This document shows positions 39,884-53,968 of a stretch of 64,000 nucleotides of DNA, one piece after another. A program made the translations under genes and the position numbers. The DNA comes from Paraphysomonas bandaiensis. Lineage: Eukaryota; Protista; Chrysophyceae. The DNA is taken from assembly GCA_965644295.1 (NCBI GenBank), contig CBFFRP010000563.1, forward strand, positions 1-64,000. The letters are read 5' to 3'. The notes under the pieces were generated by a model. That model ran no database searches. It had not been told where the DNA came from and saw nothing but the letters and a program-made list of their open reading frames with translations. Within the stretch, counting starts at the first letter, position 1; each line of letters starts with the position of its first letter.

Positions 39884-42800
39884 ATGTCTAATAAATCAAC
39901 TACAACTCTAAATAAGGATGCAAAAGAATTTGTTCCAGGAACTTCATCAATTCCATCAACGATTCCAATGATGCCATCAGCTCACTTAAGAGTAAGTGGT
40001 ATAGTCATATGGACTCTGATGTTATATATATGTATACTGATATACTATAACAGCCAGCAGCACAAGAGTTTGTCCCTAATAGTTATCCTCATCCATCACA
40101 TGTTCCTCCGGTAAGAATTATTAATGTATATATATGTATTATTGTATTTGTTTGACTCTATATATCAGATGATGGATTACAACAACAACTATGGATACAA
40201 CCATTACTATTCGTATTCTGACTTCCCATATGCACCACCGATGCCGACGTATGCCCCACAGCGTTTCTATCCTGACCAGCCTCAGCAGCAAAAGAAACCT
40301 AAGCCTGCCGGTGTCCCACAGAGTTCACAACAAGCTACACCCTTAAGTAACAATGCCAGTGTAGTTGATAAAAATACCAATGAAACTCCTGCTGAAGTTG
40401 CTACAGTCAATGATAAGACTGTGAAGAGTGTGGATGAAACTGCGGCCACCTCTGTGCCTGAAACTACACAGGCTGAGGATACTACACCTACTTCTCTTGA
40501 TTCTAATAAAAAGCAGGAAACCAAGCCCCCTGCTTCTCCGGAACCTGAATCTACAACTGTAGCTACTCAACCTGAAGTTAAAACTTCTGTGGCTACTGAA
40601 TCATCAACTGAAGGTTGGTCTAGAGGGAGCGAATTGACCCCTGAGAAAGTGCCAGCAACGGAGGGGTCGAATAACTCAGCTGACGAGGTTACTTCCTGGA
40701 AGAGGGGGTCGACAATGGCAGAGAAGACTCTTGATGACATGCTTCGTAGGACTGATGGTATTATAAGGTATTGTGTTATGTAAATTCCGTGTATCATTGT
40801 ATGTACCATACGCCATCTGACCCTATGTATCAACAGATATAGCAAGGCAAACCTCTTTAGTATGAACCAATGGGGTAAAACGTTTCCGCAAGAACTGCAG
40901 ACCATATACGGAGGTTTGACTAGCCGAGAACGCCCTCCTGTAACTGAAAACAGAGCAGCTGGCCATCAGCATGGTGCTCGAAGTCCCAGCAAGAAGAAGC
41001 AATATGGAAAGCCGGTCGACGATCCTCATCCCGATGAAAAACTAATTTTTTCTGCTGATAATTTGAATAGAGAAGAAACGTTCAGGTAGTGGTGTGTGTG
41101 TTATATGTTTGTATATGTATATACATGTAAAACAAAGCGTAGATTAAAGTTTATGGTATATGTGAATCAATTAAGTAAGCTGTTTTGGCAGGTACCAACC
41201 GAATAAAGTTCTGGACGAATCTACCCCTGAGGCGATTCTGATGAAGGCCACTCTCATCCTTAACCAGCTTTCTTTAGAAAACTTTGAAAAACTTTCTGAG
41301 AAATTTATGAACATTGGAATGGAAACTGACGATCTCATGTGCAAGGTTGTAGACTTGATTGTATCCAAGGCGCAGCTAGAGGAGCCGTTTTGTTTCATGT
41401 ATGCTGATCTGTGCCGCAAAATTACTGACAAATGGGGACCACCTAAAGATGGTGACACTGATAAGAGTGACCTCGGCAAAGTGTTCCGTACAAGGCTGTT
41501 GAATCGATGCCAAGAGGAGTTTCAACAAGATCGTGAGGCTGCTGTTAAGGCAGTCATGGATATGGATCTTGATGAGGCGGATAGAGAGGAGAAGCTACTT
41601 GTTTTAAAGAAGCGTTACACCGGCCACATGCGCTTTGTTGGCGAAATATACATGAAAGATCTCATCAAGGCCAACAAAATGCACTACTGCGTGGAAGAGT
41701 TGCTGCAGTCAAGAGATGAAGAGAAACTTGCATGTCTATGTAAGTTACTCCAAACGATCGGGAAGAAGCTTGAAGACTACGATACTTCGAAGAAAAAGAA
41801 GAAATTCCAGTCTTATTTTACTACCATCAGCGAAATGTCGAGAGATAAGTCCCTGAGTAGCAAAATTCGCTTTGCATTCAAAGATTTAATCGAAATGAGA
41901 GAAAACCAATGGACTGCCCGCCGTGAAGAAGAGAAGGCTAAAAAATTAAGCGAATTTCGTGAAAAGGATGGTTCGATCAAAATACAAGCCCCCCCTGCTA
42001 ACACCGCCAGCAGCATGAAAAGTAAACCCCAGGATTTTAGACAAGATGCTCGGCAAGATGCTCGCCAGTCCGCCCCTGCTGCTACTGATGAGTGGACTAG
42101 TGTTACAAAGCGTGGTAAAACTCGCGGAGCACCGGCACCGGCAACTTCTAAAATTAACACTTCTAACTCTTTTGGATCTCTCCAAGGCTCTACTGTGGGA
42201 AACAAATTTTCCGCTTTGACTGTTGCGACAGATAAGAAGTCATCTAAGAAGGGCTCACTGCCCAGCAATAACAGCTCACCGCATCTGTCTTCCCAAGGAT
42301 CCAATAGCAGCGACACAGGAGGGTGGAGCAAGACTAGTAGGAAAGGGGGTAATATGTCGAGTGACAACACCCCCAGAGGGTCGCCAACCAAACCCAAGGG
42401 ACAACACAATAACGGCTACACCGGTGCTGAGGGGGAAGACGGAAAATTAGACACACACACAGTGAATAGGGTGAGTGTACTTTTCCACTGACAATGTGGA
42501 GTGTGCTGCTGTTGTTTTTTAATAGACCTTCATATATATATTTCCACCTCAATCGAAATTATGTGTGTAGGCTATCGCATGCATGAATGAGTACTTCCTC
42601 AACGACCTACTTGATGAGGCTGTCGAAGTCATGCGGGAGTTGGTACATCCCAATTCAATGTCCCATGTAGTCAAGGGAACCATTCATGCAGTATTAGAAA
42701 GAAAAGATGCGGAAAGAAAAAAGTTCAATGTGTTTTTGCCAGGTTTGTATACTCACGGGGCTTTGTCCTCCGAGCAGGTATTTTTTCAATTTATCGCGTT

Positions 42801-43386
42801 AGCATTACATTTATTCGCATTGTTGAGTAGGCTATTGCGGGCTTGGAGGCGTTTCTTCATGACTATGATGAAATTGTCATTGACGTACCTCGTGTATCAC
42901 AGTACACATCTTCTATAATGGCTCATTTATATACTAATGGCGCCATTCCGAATTTGGAATTCATATTCACAGTTCCCGATGAAAACAACTTTTCTTTGAG
43001 CATGGGCAAATATGACCTTCTTGTTCAGGTATATGGTCGCTTGTGAATCTTGATTCCGTACCTTGGATATACAACCTGTATGTCAGTGCACATTATTTGT
43101 ATATTTATATATCAATTCACTAACATGTTGTCTGAATATGTCTTACTTTTGTCTTGTTAAATGTGATTCTGTTTTTTTTAGACTGCCGCTGCTGTGAAAG
43201 ATCTGAAAGATGAAGATTCGGCTCGCAGCTTCTACAATGCATCTATAGGTGACACCCAAAACATGGATAGCATGGACAAAGAACAACTCGATCGAGCGTT
43301 AGAGAAATATGGTGTCAACACATACCTGGTAACTGTCTTTTTACTTTATGTATTTCGACTTGTAATCGAGTACTTCACAGGTCTGA
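39884..43386 (+). CDS. eIF4G: Translation initiation factor eIF4G (eIF4E-binding motif, MIF4G, MA3), multi-exon
   Basis: ILNQLSLENFEKL...KAQLEEPFCFMYADLC...FRTRLLNRCQEEF...KLLQTIGKKL...IRFAFKDLIEMRENQW (MIF4G), spliced YSKANLF matching YXXXXLphi, and MA3 segments MNEYF..DEAVE and DEIVIDVP. Confidence 0.92.
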
Positions 43387-45447
43387 TGTGCGAGGGGAAC
43401 ATTCTAACATATCATATGAATGAGATGAGCCATCTGATGTCATTGGGTTATATTCAGAATTCCGTGTATCTGATGCTAGCCAGAGGTTCCATTTTATACT
43501 ATCCAGTGTAGCTTGTAATATTGATATAGTATGTCCTACTTGTCAATTTAATCATTATAATATACAAAATATTGATACATAGATATATAGTATGTAGCTA
43601 ATAGGCGGAAGGCGCTATAATGCTCTTCTTTCAAAGCTTTTCTTTTACTACATTGTTGTATTTGTCATTAAATATTCTGATTTCCTTTGCGTCATGAACC
43701 CTGGTCACACACTAAGTAGCGACATGTACAAAAATTGGTCTCAGCCAAACTCATCACAATCGCACCAAAACACCGTTCTGATTGAAGTGAGTTAATAGTG
43801 TGCAATAGGTGAAGTCAGCTCATACGTGTAACGGGTGACCATAGTTACAAAGGAATTAAATTCAGTTACTGATGTGTGACTATATAAGATATAGGAGTTA
43901 CTGGTGAACGTATGATAAACATGTTGCTGAGAACAGATGTTTTACAATTTACACGAATATGTAGTTAAGTCTTCAGATTAATAATTATGATTCCTTACTT
44001 GAAAGTGCATTGTGTTCAACAAAGCAAGATTAAGGTTTACATGTAGAGCAAGGTTAACTTCAGTGAAATATCCAATACTAACAATCACTATATTCCGTGT
44101 TACTAATATATACTTATCGTCACTCATATTCTCACAGTACGACTAATAAGTATACTACTGTAATTTATAATCTGAATACCTTATAACTACAGCTTTCAGT
44201 TGCACTTATATAACAGGACTCAACATGTTGATATGATTGTAATAATGATGGGCATCAAAATTTGACATAAGAGGATGGTAAATACTTGATAAACAGAATT
44301 TTTTTTTTGTAAATTATAATAAATATCACTTATCATTGATTGTCATTTGCCATCTGCAAAATTTATGTTATATCAACTACCAATCATTTTCATACGATAT
44401 TATATAGACGCGATCTTGCACAGTCAATATATTTTAGTTTCATCGCTGTTATTCCTATCACCACAATAGTTCGTTTGACACTGTTAATCACTACTGCATT
44501 CTTCATGTCGTAATTGCGCTTTTTTTAATACCTTAGAGCTACAGCTTTTAATTGCGCTCAAACACCAAACCTCAACAGTAGGAGTCAACATACTGCATAT
44601 CATCATGAGCAGAGATGGAGAATCAACCCACTGAACTATACTGTCAAATTAATGAGCAAACGGTTTCTGAGATGACGGACGAACCGTATACTGTACAGTG
44701 ATAGTTAGTATAATAGGTTGGGCGGATATGGCGATCATTTTACTGGCACTTTCTTATTGACTGTTTAGACTGGCATTCTATAACAGGTAATAAGAAAAAC
44801 ATATTTGTATGAAGACGACAGCATCAATTTAAGCAGTTTGGAGTTTACTTTTTGGTGAATAGCTTGACAGAGACAGACAGTACGATTTGTAATGTTGAAC
44901 ATGAATAGTGTTCTTAGTTGTAGGTACTTATCATGATTGTTCGATGTTATTACAGTAGATGAGTTATGTGATTATGAAGAGTCGTTTATGATTAATCAAG
45001 TATATTTTCTAATAAGACACACTAGCGTAAGCAATATATTGCGAGGCCAAATTTTGTAGCAAGCAAAAATAAATAATTGCAATATTTATAGCAATATATT
45101 TTAATCCAATATATTTTTGACTGTCCCTGTGCATTATGTAATAGTTACACAATGTGGGAAATCAAGTCTCGACAACTTGTATGACTTCAAATATTAGTTT
45201 GAATTCTTATGAAGTAGTTAGAATCTCTGACATTGACGAATTCAAGATCTCTAGAATTACATAGCTATCGTAAATATACATCTGAGAAAGGTATAATAGA
45301 AAAAGATTAAGTACTTTTTAGATTAAGTATCTTGACTGCTCTCATACACACTACTACAACTATTTGCATGCTGTGCACTATAAAAATTCATATAAAAAGT
45401 CAATTAAAATTCAAACTGGCTAGATAGAGAATAACACATATGGCCCA

Positions 45448-48400
45448 CTACCGATTCGCTAAGTTGGTAACTACTAGATCGATTATCTTCCCCGATTGAG
45501 ACACCATGGACGACTGTAAATCCTGAAGCAACTTTCTTACATCATCGAGTGAGTCCTGTGCAAAATCTCTATCAGGACATCAACGAGGAATACATACACT
45601 TCTACCTGAGTGGCCATTACTCTCCGTAGTCGCTCATTCTCTTGAACCAACTCAGCAATACGTTTGTCCTGACTGTCTGCTCTCGTTTCAAGCGCAACCA
45701 AGCGCTGCAAGATAGTCTTTTGTTCTACCTCTTTGTCGGTCTTAAACTGCTCATGTTTCAATCGCTCCTGCTGAAGCTCACTCTTTAAACCCTCTAGAAT
45801 AGTAATAAGTAGTTAGTACAGCATAAACGCACGCTATTAAAGTTTTCAGTGTTAGCTGATACCGGGTACTATATGTACACAAGACTACGGTATACAAGAA
45901 ACTAATTCTTCCACAAATCAATAATATGATGAGCACAGAAAGTATACATCTTACCTATCATTCTATTGGCATTCGATGTTGACTCATCTACTTGACGTGC
46001 CAAAAAACTCATATTGAAGGCCATTACACTATTAATATCAGAACGCAATTGCTGGACGGCAGTCAATGCGTTTTCTGTGCTCTCTGCGACAGAGTTGATC
46101 TGTGTTTTACTGGAATCGACTTCTTGTATTAAGGCTTGCATGGTCATATTCTGAGAAGATATGGCCTGGTTGAGGGAGATTTGCATTTGTTGTATATCTA
46201 CACCACGCAGCTTCATATCCATACTGTTAACGTGACTGTCCATTTGTTCAATTTGTTGTTGTGTGGAACTAATATAACTCTCGAACACTTTGTAGGAAGA
46301 GTTAACAGAAGCAAACACTTGGTCCAAAGTCCTTCTATTGACACCTGTAGCCAACGTCAAGTTAAAAACCTGATCTCGAATTTGGAATATATCTGACTGC
46401 GCGGATAGGGTGGTATTGGTAAGGTACTGCAACGAAACATCATCTACAGCAGATTGCTTCTCTAGTAACATTATTTTGTTCCAAGTTTCCATCGAATTGT
46501 TTTGTAGCCGCGCCAAATCTGATTGCATGTCGGAGACATTAGCTTCCAATAACGCAGACTGAACTGTCAGAGCACTCGAAGTATCGCGTAACGACGCTGT
46601 TAAGTTCTCCGTTTGAGAGATACGAAAATAAGCCTGATCTAATCGTCCGCTAGTGACCGCCGTATACGTATCCAACATTTGCTTTTGCTGATTTTCTGCA
46701 AAACGCAAAGAGCTATTTACATATTTCTCCGTATCGTAAAGACTGGAATGAAGGGATCGATTGATAGCTTCGACTGAATTATTCAAGGATGAAATATTGC
46801 CATATAAGATACCCATATATACATTCATATCTTGCGATCTCATCTGATGAATGGTGTTCAACAAGTCACTATTCACTTTTGTTAAATCACTTCGAAGTGA
46901 AGTGAAGTTAGACCGGACCTCGTCTCTAGTACTGCGAATAGACACCGCTGACGAATCAACAGCCTGATCGATTTGCTGACTCAGTGACCGGCTTTGGTGA
47001 TAATACAGATCCATGAGTGTTGTATTGACACCATCCACAGTTGTTCGCAATGTATGGAGCAGGTGGTCGCTACTATTGCTCAGTTTAGTATCTAGGAATA
47101 GTCTATCAGCCTCTATTTGCTCCTGAATCATTGCGTAGTGATATGATACATTATCGTGAAGGTTTCGTTTGTATATATCCAACTCAGACCACATGACAGA
47201 CTGGTTGGCTTGAAATTGCCGCAACTCCTCATCCGTAACTAGAGCATTGGCTTGGATGCTGTTCACAGTATCATTCACAGATGTCACATTCATAATTGTC
47301 TCTCGTTTCCAATGCGCTATTCCCTCTGTCATAATAGACTGTACACTAGTTAAGTTCTGATACGCTTCTTCCAGTCCTTGTCTCTGTGATTCGTTTAGAA
47401 ACTGGATATTTGACTGGAGCGATACTATGAAATTTGATAGTGTGTTGTTCAAATCCATGAGACGAAGAGTCGTATTTGATTCTAACTCATCAATTGACTG
47501 CTCCAATATCAGCTTAGCTCTCGTAGCGTTATTCAAGAGATATGAAACATTTTCAAGTACTGTCGTGTTCAAACGCTGAAATCCGGTAGTCATGTTGGTT
47601 TCCAGACTTTTATAGCGACTTTCAGCAGTACTGGATAATAGCGAGATAGTTTCTTGAATATTATGTTCAATGAAAGTCAGATTTCGTCGTGTACTGTTTA
47701 AAGCTTCGTGTACGACGTCATCATTCGATTTCATGGTTGAGTTAACAAGTTCCAATTGTTCACTCATATGACCCTCCAATGCTTGAACCAGATCATAAAG
47801 AGACACGTTTACATAAGATAAGTTCGCAGCAGACGCATCACCAAGGCTAGTCAAGTCGTTCTCAAATTGCAAAACTGCGACTTGGTATGTTTCCTGTAAT
47901 GAAGCAAGAGACGAGATCAGGGTGCTATTAAGCAACTCCAGAGAATCATTGGAGGAATTATGGTTAGAAGCGACGACTACTTCTAGAGCCCCAAGATTTG
48001 AAGAAATATTTTCAGCAGTTTTGTGCACTAAATCATATATCGATGTGTTCAGTTCCTGCTGATATTTCTCAGAAAGTAGCCGAAATTCGTTCAGTTCGCC
48101 ATCCAGACGTTCTAAGTGTGATGGTCTATGAACCATATCTACCACTTCCCATGAGTCATCCACCTCAGCACCACCCTGTATATCGGAATGTTTCAATGGG
48201 CTCGGTGAGTTGGCTTTACCCACTTTTCCGTTGACATCTCTCAAAATTTGTCGTACATCCCTCACATCTATTCTTGGTTTAGGCTTTGCTCCCTGCACTG
48301 TAGAGGTGTGAACAGCCTCCTTATACTGGTCATTCTCCGTCTGGTCATAGAGTACAGTGGCAATCTCACCTATGACATACTTCAATTCCTTCAGCTGATT

Positions 48401-51400
48401 TTTTATAAACGTATCTACTACTTCAAATCGACTGTCTGTACGCGCCTCGTGCGAATGAAGGTGTTTTGATAGACTGACATTGAGGAGACCAATGTCATCA
48501 TACAAACTCGCGTTGAAATCCGCCAATTGTGTTGTGAAAGAACCATTCAAATCAGAAATTCTGTATAAAGTATCTTGAGAAGTTGCCACAACACTATCTG
48601 CATGCTGCTCGAGAACAGAAGACAAATTGGTCACACTGTCATTCAACATTGATGTATACTTTGCGATACTATCATGAGTTCTGATATCAGATTCATTCAG
48701 TGCGGCTTGTAGCATGGTAGACACACTTAATAACTCTTCATTTAACGTTGTCAACGAAGTATTCACTTCATTTCGAATTGAGTTTTCAAGGGTAGATAAG
48801 TTGGACAGTAATTCAACTTCCACTTCTTGAAACTTTAGTCTGGACAAGTTCTTAAAGTCAGATAATGAGACATTCACGTCTCCAATTACTCGAGCAAGTA
48901 TTGAATTACTTCTTGCAATAGCAGCCGAAGTATTGGATGCTAGTTCGTCAATATATTCGTTGGTTTCATTCAGAGCTGCATGAAGCAGAGAAAAATTTAG
49001 AGATGCCATTTCAGTTGCATTTCCAACTTGCTCCTGCAAGAAACTGATGTTTCTTCTTGCTCCTTCAAAATCATTCTCTACACGATCTTTCAACACAATC
49101 AATTCAACATTGATACCGTTAGTGAGATTATCTTGTAACTCCGACAATTGTGTTTGGGTATGGTGAGATTGGTTCCTGTAGAGTTCTGTCATGGAATCCG
49201 TGTTGCTCGTCATATACTCTAACAAGGTATCACGAAGATTGGTAAGGTTTCGCTGAACTTGATCAGATAACTCCTCTGTCGCAGTGGTGGTAAGTAGAGC
49301 AGACTCATTTCTAAGATTCTCAAAGTCGCTATGAATTCTCGATATGGAACTCTGGACTTCTCCAACGGTACTGTTAACTAATTCCAGATTAGCTGTGGAA
49401 GAATTCGTGTACGCGTCCAGTTTGCTTGAAATATAATCGCGTATCGTTTCCCCAAGGGCGGATATGTTCTGGTAGCCTTCAGAGCGCAGTCTTCAAACAA
49501 GACATCATAATGCAATATTATAAGATTGTAAGAGAGCACGTACTCAGTAATATTTGTTTGTATTTCATCGCGTAGGGAACTTTGAATTTGTGTACTCCAA
49601 GCTGGTAATACCTCAAGCTGTAGATTTTCAATTGTAGAATTCATATCGCTTACTGATTTAACTATATCCTCAAGAGAAAATGATAACACCAGAACCTCCT
49701 CCATAACGCTGCTATTCATTGATTCCACCATTGCCTCCGATGTAGTTCTAAAAGTTGCCAAATTTTCCATTACTTCGGTAGATAATCCTTCCAGTTGTAG
49801 GCTTATTTTCGAAGAAAAATCAGTGAAACTCGCTTGATTGTTCTGCAATAACTCATCCAGTTGTGAAGCTGTGGATGACTGAATACTATCAACTCTAGCG
49901 GAAATCGGCTGTATCAGTGTAGATTCAATATAATCAGAGATGGCCTGCAGAGTACAAAATCATTGAATACTATTCATAACAGTCAATAAGTAAATGTCAA
50001 TACAGAATAAAACAATGCCATGGCAATATGTACACTATCCATCGATGAGTGCACACGAATCCCTTCTGAAGATTCGCCACTCAGAATATAGGCGGAATTT
50101 ATATATATGTATATGTACTAATTCAGCATACCTGTTGAGCAGATGCTTGTGCATTTGCTACTTTTTCACTTACAAAGAGCAAGCTGTCAACAATGGAGAG
50201 CATGTTGCTTGACACCTGTGAATGCGTAATTATCACTATCGTACATGATGTGTACTATGTATCAACTATATAAATCACTGCATATGTGGTGGACGAATAT
50301 ATACTGCATCGCTAGACAACAATAGTACTGAATTCATTTCTCAATACAGTATACTGTCGCTCATTATCCATTTATGGGTGGTATGTAACGAACATACCGA
50401 CGGGTGCCCGGCATTCGACCGCTCTTTGCATTCCTCAGGAGTAGCAGTTGTGTCAAACACACCATCCACAATACAAAGATTGTATGCCACCTATAAATTA
50501 TAATACATGTAACCTCGGCCGTACTAAAGTTGTGATTAAAATACTACCTTTCTAGAAAGCTCCCTATCGAGTACAACATCTCTGAATGCCGCATTACCAC
50601 TCATGCTAAATAGGTAATAAGGACTCTCGTCAGGAGCGTAAATTTGAATCACCGTCTTCTCATTGTGATGCAAGGAAAGTTTCCCCTCATTCATCATTGT
50701 AATCCAACGGATCAATCCCTTGGCCTTAAAAGCAAATGACATACATTACTTTGTACGAAAACTTATATGTCATATTAGGAGGAATGAGTTCCGGTTCATG
50801 AATGCAGTAAGTATAACACGAATGGGTTGTACTTACGAATTCAATATGCGTTGGTGAATACTTGAGTGTCCCACCACTAGTCACGATTTCGAGTATATCA
50901 AGATCGATTTTCAAACCATTTCCATGAACTCGTGTCATACGAGGTTGCTTGGTGTCGAGGTTGAATGAGGAGCCCTTGACCATACCACCACCTATAACAA
51001 AACAGTATCACTACTAAGTAGTGCATATATATGACTGTATGTGCATATATATGACTGTGTGTGTATATATAAGACTGTATGTGTATATATATGACTGTAT
51101 GTGTATATATATGACTGTATGTGTATATATATGACTGTATGTGCATATATATGACTGTATGTGTATATATATGACTGTATGTGTATATATATGACTGTAT
51201 GTGTATACATATGACTGTATGTGTATATATATGACTGTATGTGTATATATATGACTGTATGTGTATATATATGACTGTATGTGTATATATATGACTGTAT
51301 GTGTATATATATGACTGTATGTGTATATATATGACTGTATGTGTATATATATGACTGTATGTGTATATATATGACTGTATGTGTATATATATGACTGTAT

Positions 51401-53101
51401 GTGTATATATATGACTGTATGTGCATATATATGACTGTATGTGTATATATATGACTGTATGTGTATATATATGACTGTATGTGTATATATATGACTGTAT
51501 GTGTATATATATGACTGTATGTGTATATATATGACTGTATGTGTATATATATGACTGTATGTGTATATATATGACTGTATGTGTATATATATGACTGTAT
51601 GTGTATATATATGACTGTATGTGTATATATATGACTGTATGTGTATATATATGACTGTATGTGTATATATATGACTGTATGTGTATATATATGACTGTAT
51701 GTGTATATATATGACTGTATGTGTATATATATGACTGTATGTGTATATATATGACTGTATGTGTATATATATGACTGTATGTGTATATATATGACTGTAT
51801 GTGTATATATATGACTGTATGTGTATATATATGACTGTATGTGTATATATATGACTGTATGTGTATATATATGACTGTATGTGTATATATATGACTGTAT
51901 GTGTATATATATGACTGTATGTGTATATATATGACTGTATGTGTATATATATGACTGTATGTGTATATATATGACTGTATGTGTATATATATGACTGTAT
52001 GTGTATATATATGACTGTATGTGTATATATATGACTGTATGTGTATATATATGACTGTATGTGTATATATATGACTGTATGTGTATATATATGACTGTAT
52101 GTGTATATGTATGTGTATATATATGACTGTATGTGTATATATATGACTGTATGTGTATATATATGACTGTATGTGTATATATATGACTGTGTGTGTATAT
52201 ATATGACTGTATGTGTATATATATGACTGTATGTGTATATATATGACTGTATGTGTATATATATGACTGTATGTGTATATATATGACTGTATGTGTATAT
52301 ATATGACTGTATGTGTATATATATGACTGTATGTGTATATATATGACTGTATGTGTATATATATGACTGTATGTGCATATATATGACTGTATGTGTATAT
52401 ATATGACTGTATGTGTATATATATGACTGTATGTGTATATATATGACTGTATGTGTATATATATGACTGTATGTGTATATATATGACTGTATGTGTATAT
52501 ATATGACTGTATGTGCATATATATGACTGTATGTGTATATATATGACTGTATGTGTATATATATGACTGTATGTGTATATATATGACTGTATGTGTATAT
52601 ATATGACTGTATGTGCATATATATGACTGTATGTGTATATATATGACTGTATGTGTATATATATGACTGTATGTGCATATATATGACTGTGTGTGCATAT
52701 ATATGACTGTATGTGTATATATATGACTGTATGTGTATATATATGACTGTATGTGTATATATATGACTGTATGTGTATATATATGACTGTATGTGTATAT
52801 ATATGACTGTGTGTGTATATGTATGTGTATGCAGCAGCAGTTACCTCCTCCTCCGAGTCCATTCCCCATCATAGAGACGCCTGACATACAAGGTCTGCAT
52901 GCCAGTAACAGCACACCTACTATACATAAATGCATATACATACTTATATTTCAATTACTTTAATAAATTGATTGCAAATGTATTGAATGGAATCTCTGCT
53001 TGCAATACATACATATGTATGTGTATATATACAGAGCTTAACGTAATATCTTGCCAGTGTATACACACACACAACATACATACACACACCTACCGTCTCA
53101 T
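45448..53101 (-). CDS. Large secreted coiled-coil glycoprotein, multi-exon (>1500 aa); 5' end uncertain
   Basis: Hydrophobic leader (VGVLLLACRPC) spliced across the 20-bp array intron to GGGMVKGSSF..., long open exons 45902-49920 with heptad-like periodicity, and dense N-x-S/T sequons. Confidence 0.7.
51022..52830. repeat. 20-bp minisatellite (ATGACTGTATGTGTATATAT) x ~90, inside an intron
   Basis: Direct reading. On the minus strand it is flanked by a GTAACT donor (~52844) and a TTATAG acceptor (~50992). Confidence 0.95.
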
Positions 53102-53229
53102 ATTTCGGGAATATTTTGATGTAAAAATGCTTTATATTACTGCTGTATAACTACGGCTAGAATACAGATAATTATTGTCTCAATATTAGAGGCATATTCG
53201 AACAAAAATATAAACAGGATGCCGATACA
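53098..53229 (+). repeat. Dispersed ~140-bp repeat, copy 2
   Basis: Matches 2770-2909. It abuts the probable start of the minus-strand glycoprotein gene. Confidence 0.85.
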
Positions 53230-53968
53230 CAGTACCTCCAACTGCCTCAAAACTCCATACCCTCAAGAAAGTAAAAAACCTGGGTATTCATAGAATTTGG
53301 AATAAGAGATGAAACAAAAAAGACGTTTTTCTACAAAATATGAGGTTTTTGTAAGAATAATGTGTGTAAGAAATTCCTTCGAAAGTAACGTTGCACATAC
53401 AGCAGTGTGCAATAAATGGGATTTTATGTGTCTGTATATTACAAATGAAGGGTTTATGTAATCATAATCCTAATAATCCATAGTTTCTATGAAAGTATGA
53501 TATATAAAGTGGAGATTTTTATGTGTGAGTATGATGGTGTTAGTTACAATACTCTTCAATCGTATGAATTGTTACGTATGCACTCCAATGCTCGTAAAGC
53601 TATAATTCCATTCATTATATTGAAAGGTTGATACTTGCTTATAAAGTACCGGTTTCTGTATAGGGAACGAGAGCGAGGGTGCATTAACTCAAAACCCCTG
53701 ATTTAAAAGCATTAAAACCTCGATATTTCTATAAAACAGAGGGTTTTCCCATCTGTACGTACGACGTAGTTGTTGTTACACCAACAGCAGCTTCCTTCTA
53801 CGCAAAACCCTTGATTTATATATTAAAACCATGAAATGCCATTAAAGCTTGTTTTTATATGAATGGCAGGTGTGTCATAGTGCTCATATGATAATATTTA
53901 ACGGTTAAAATCACTCCATTAGCATCTTATTACATCATTCATTTAATATACTCACTATCTAATCAATC

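Noticed and set aside
50898-52941. 550-650 aa HIYT-repeat ORFs
   Set aside because: These are stop-free readings of a 20-bp intronic minisatellite, open in all three minus frames.
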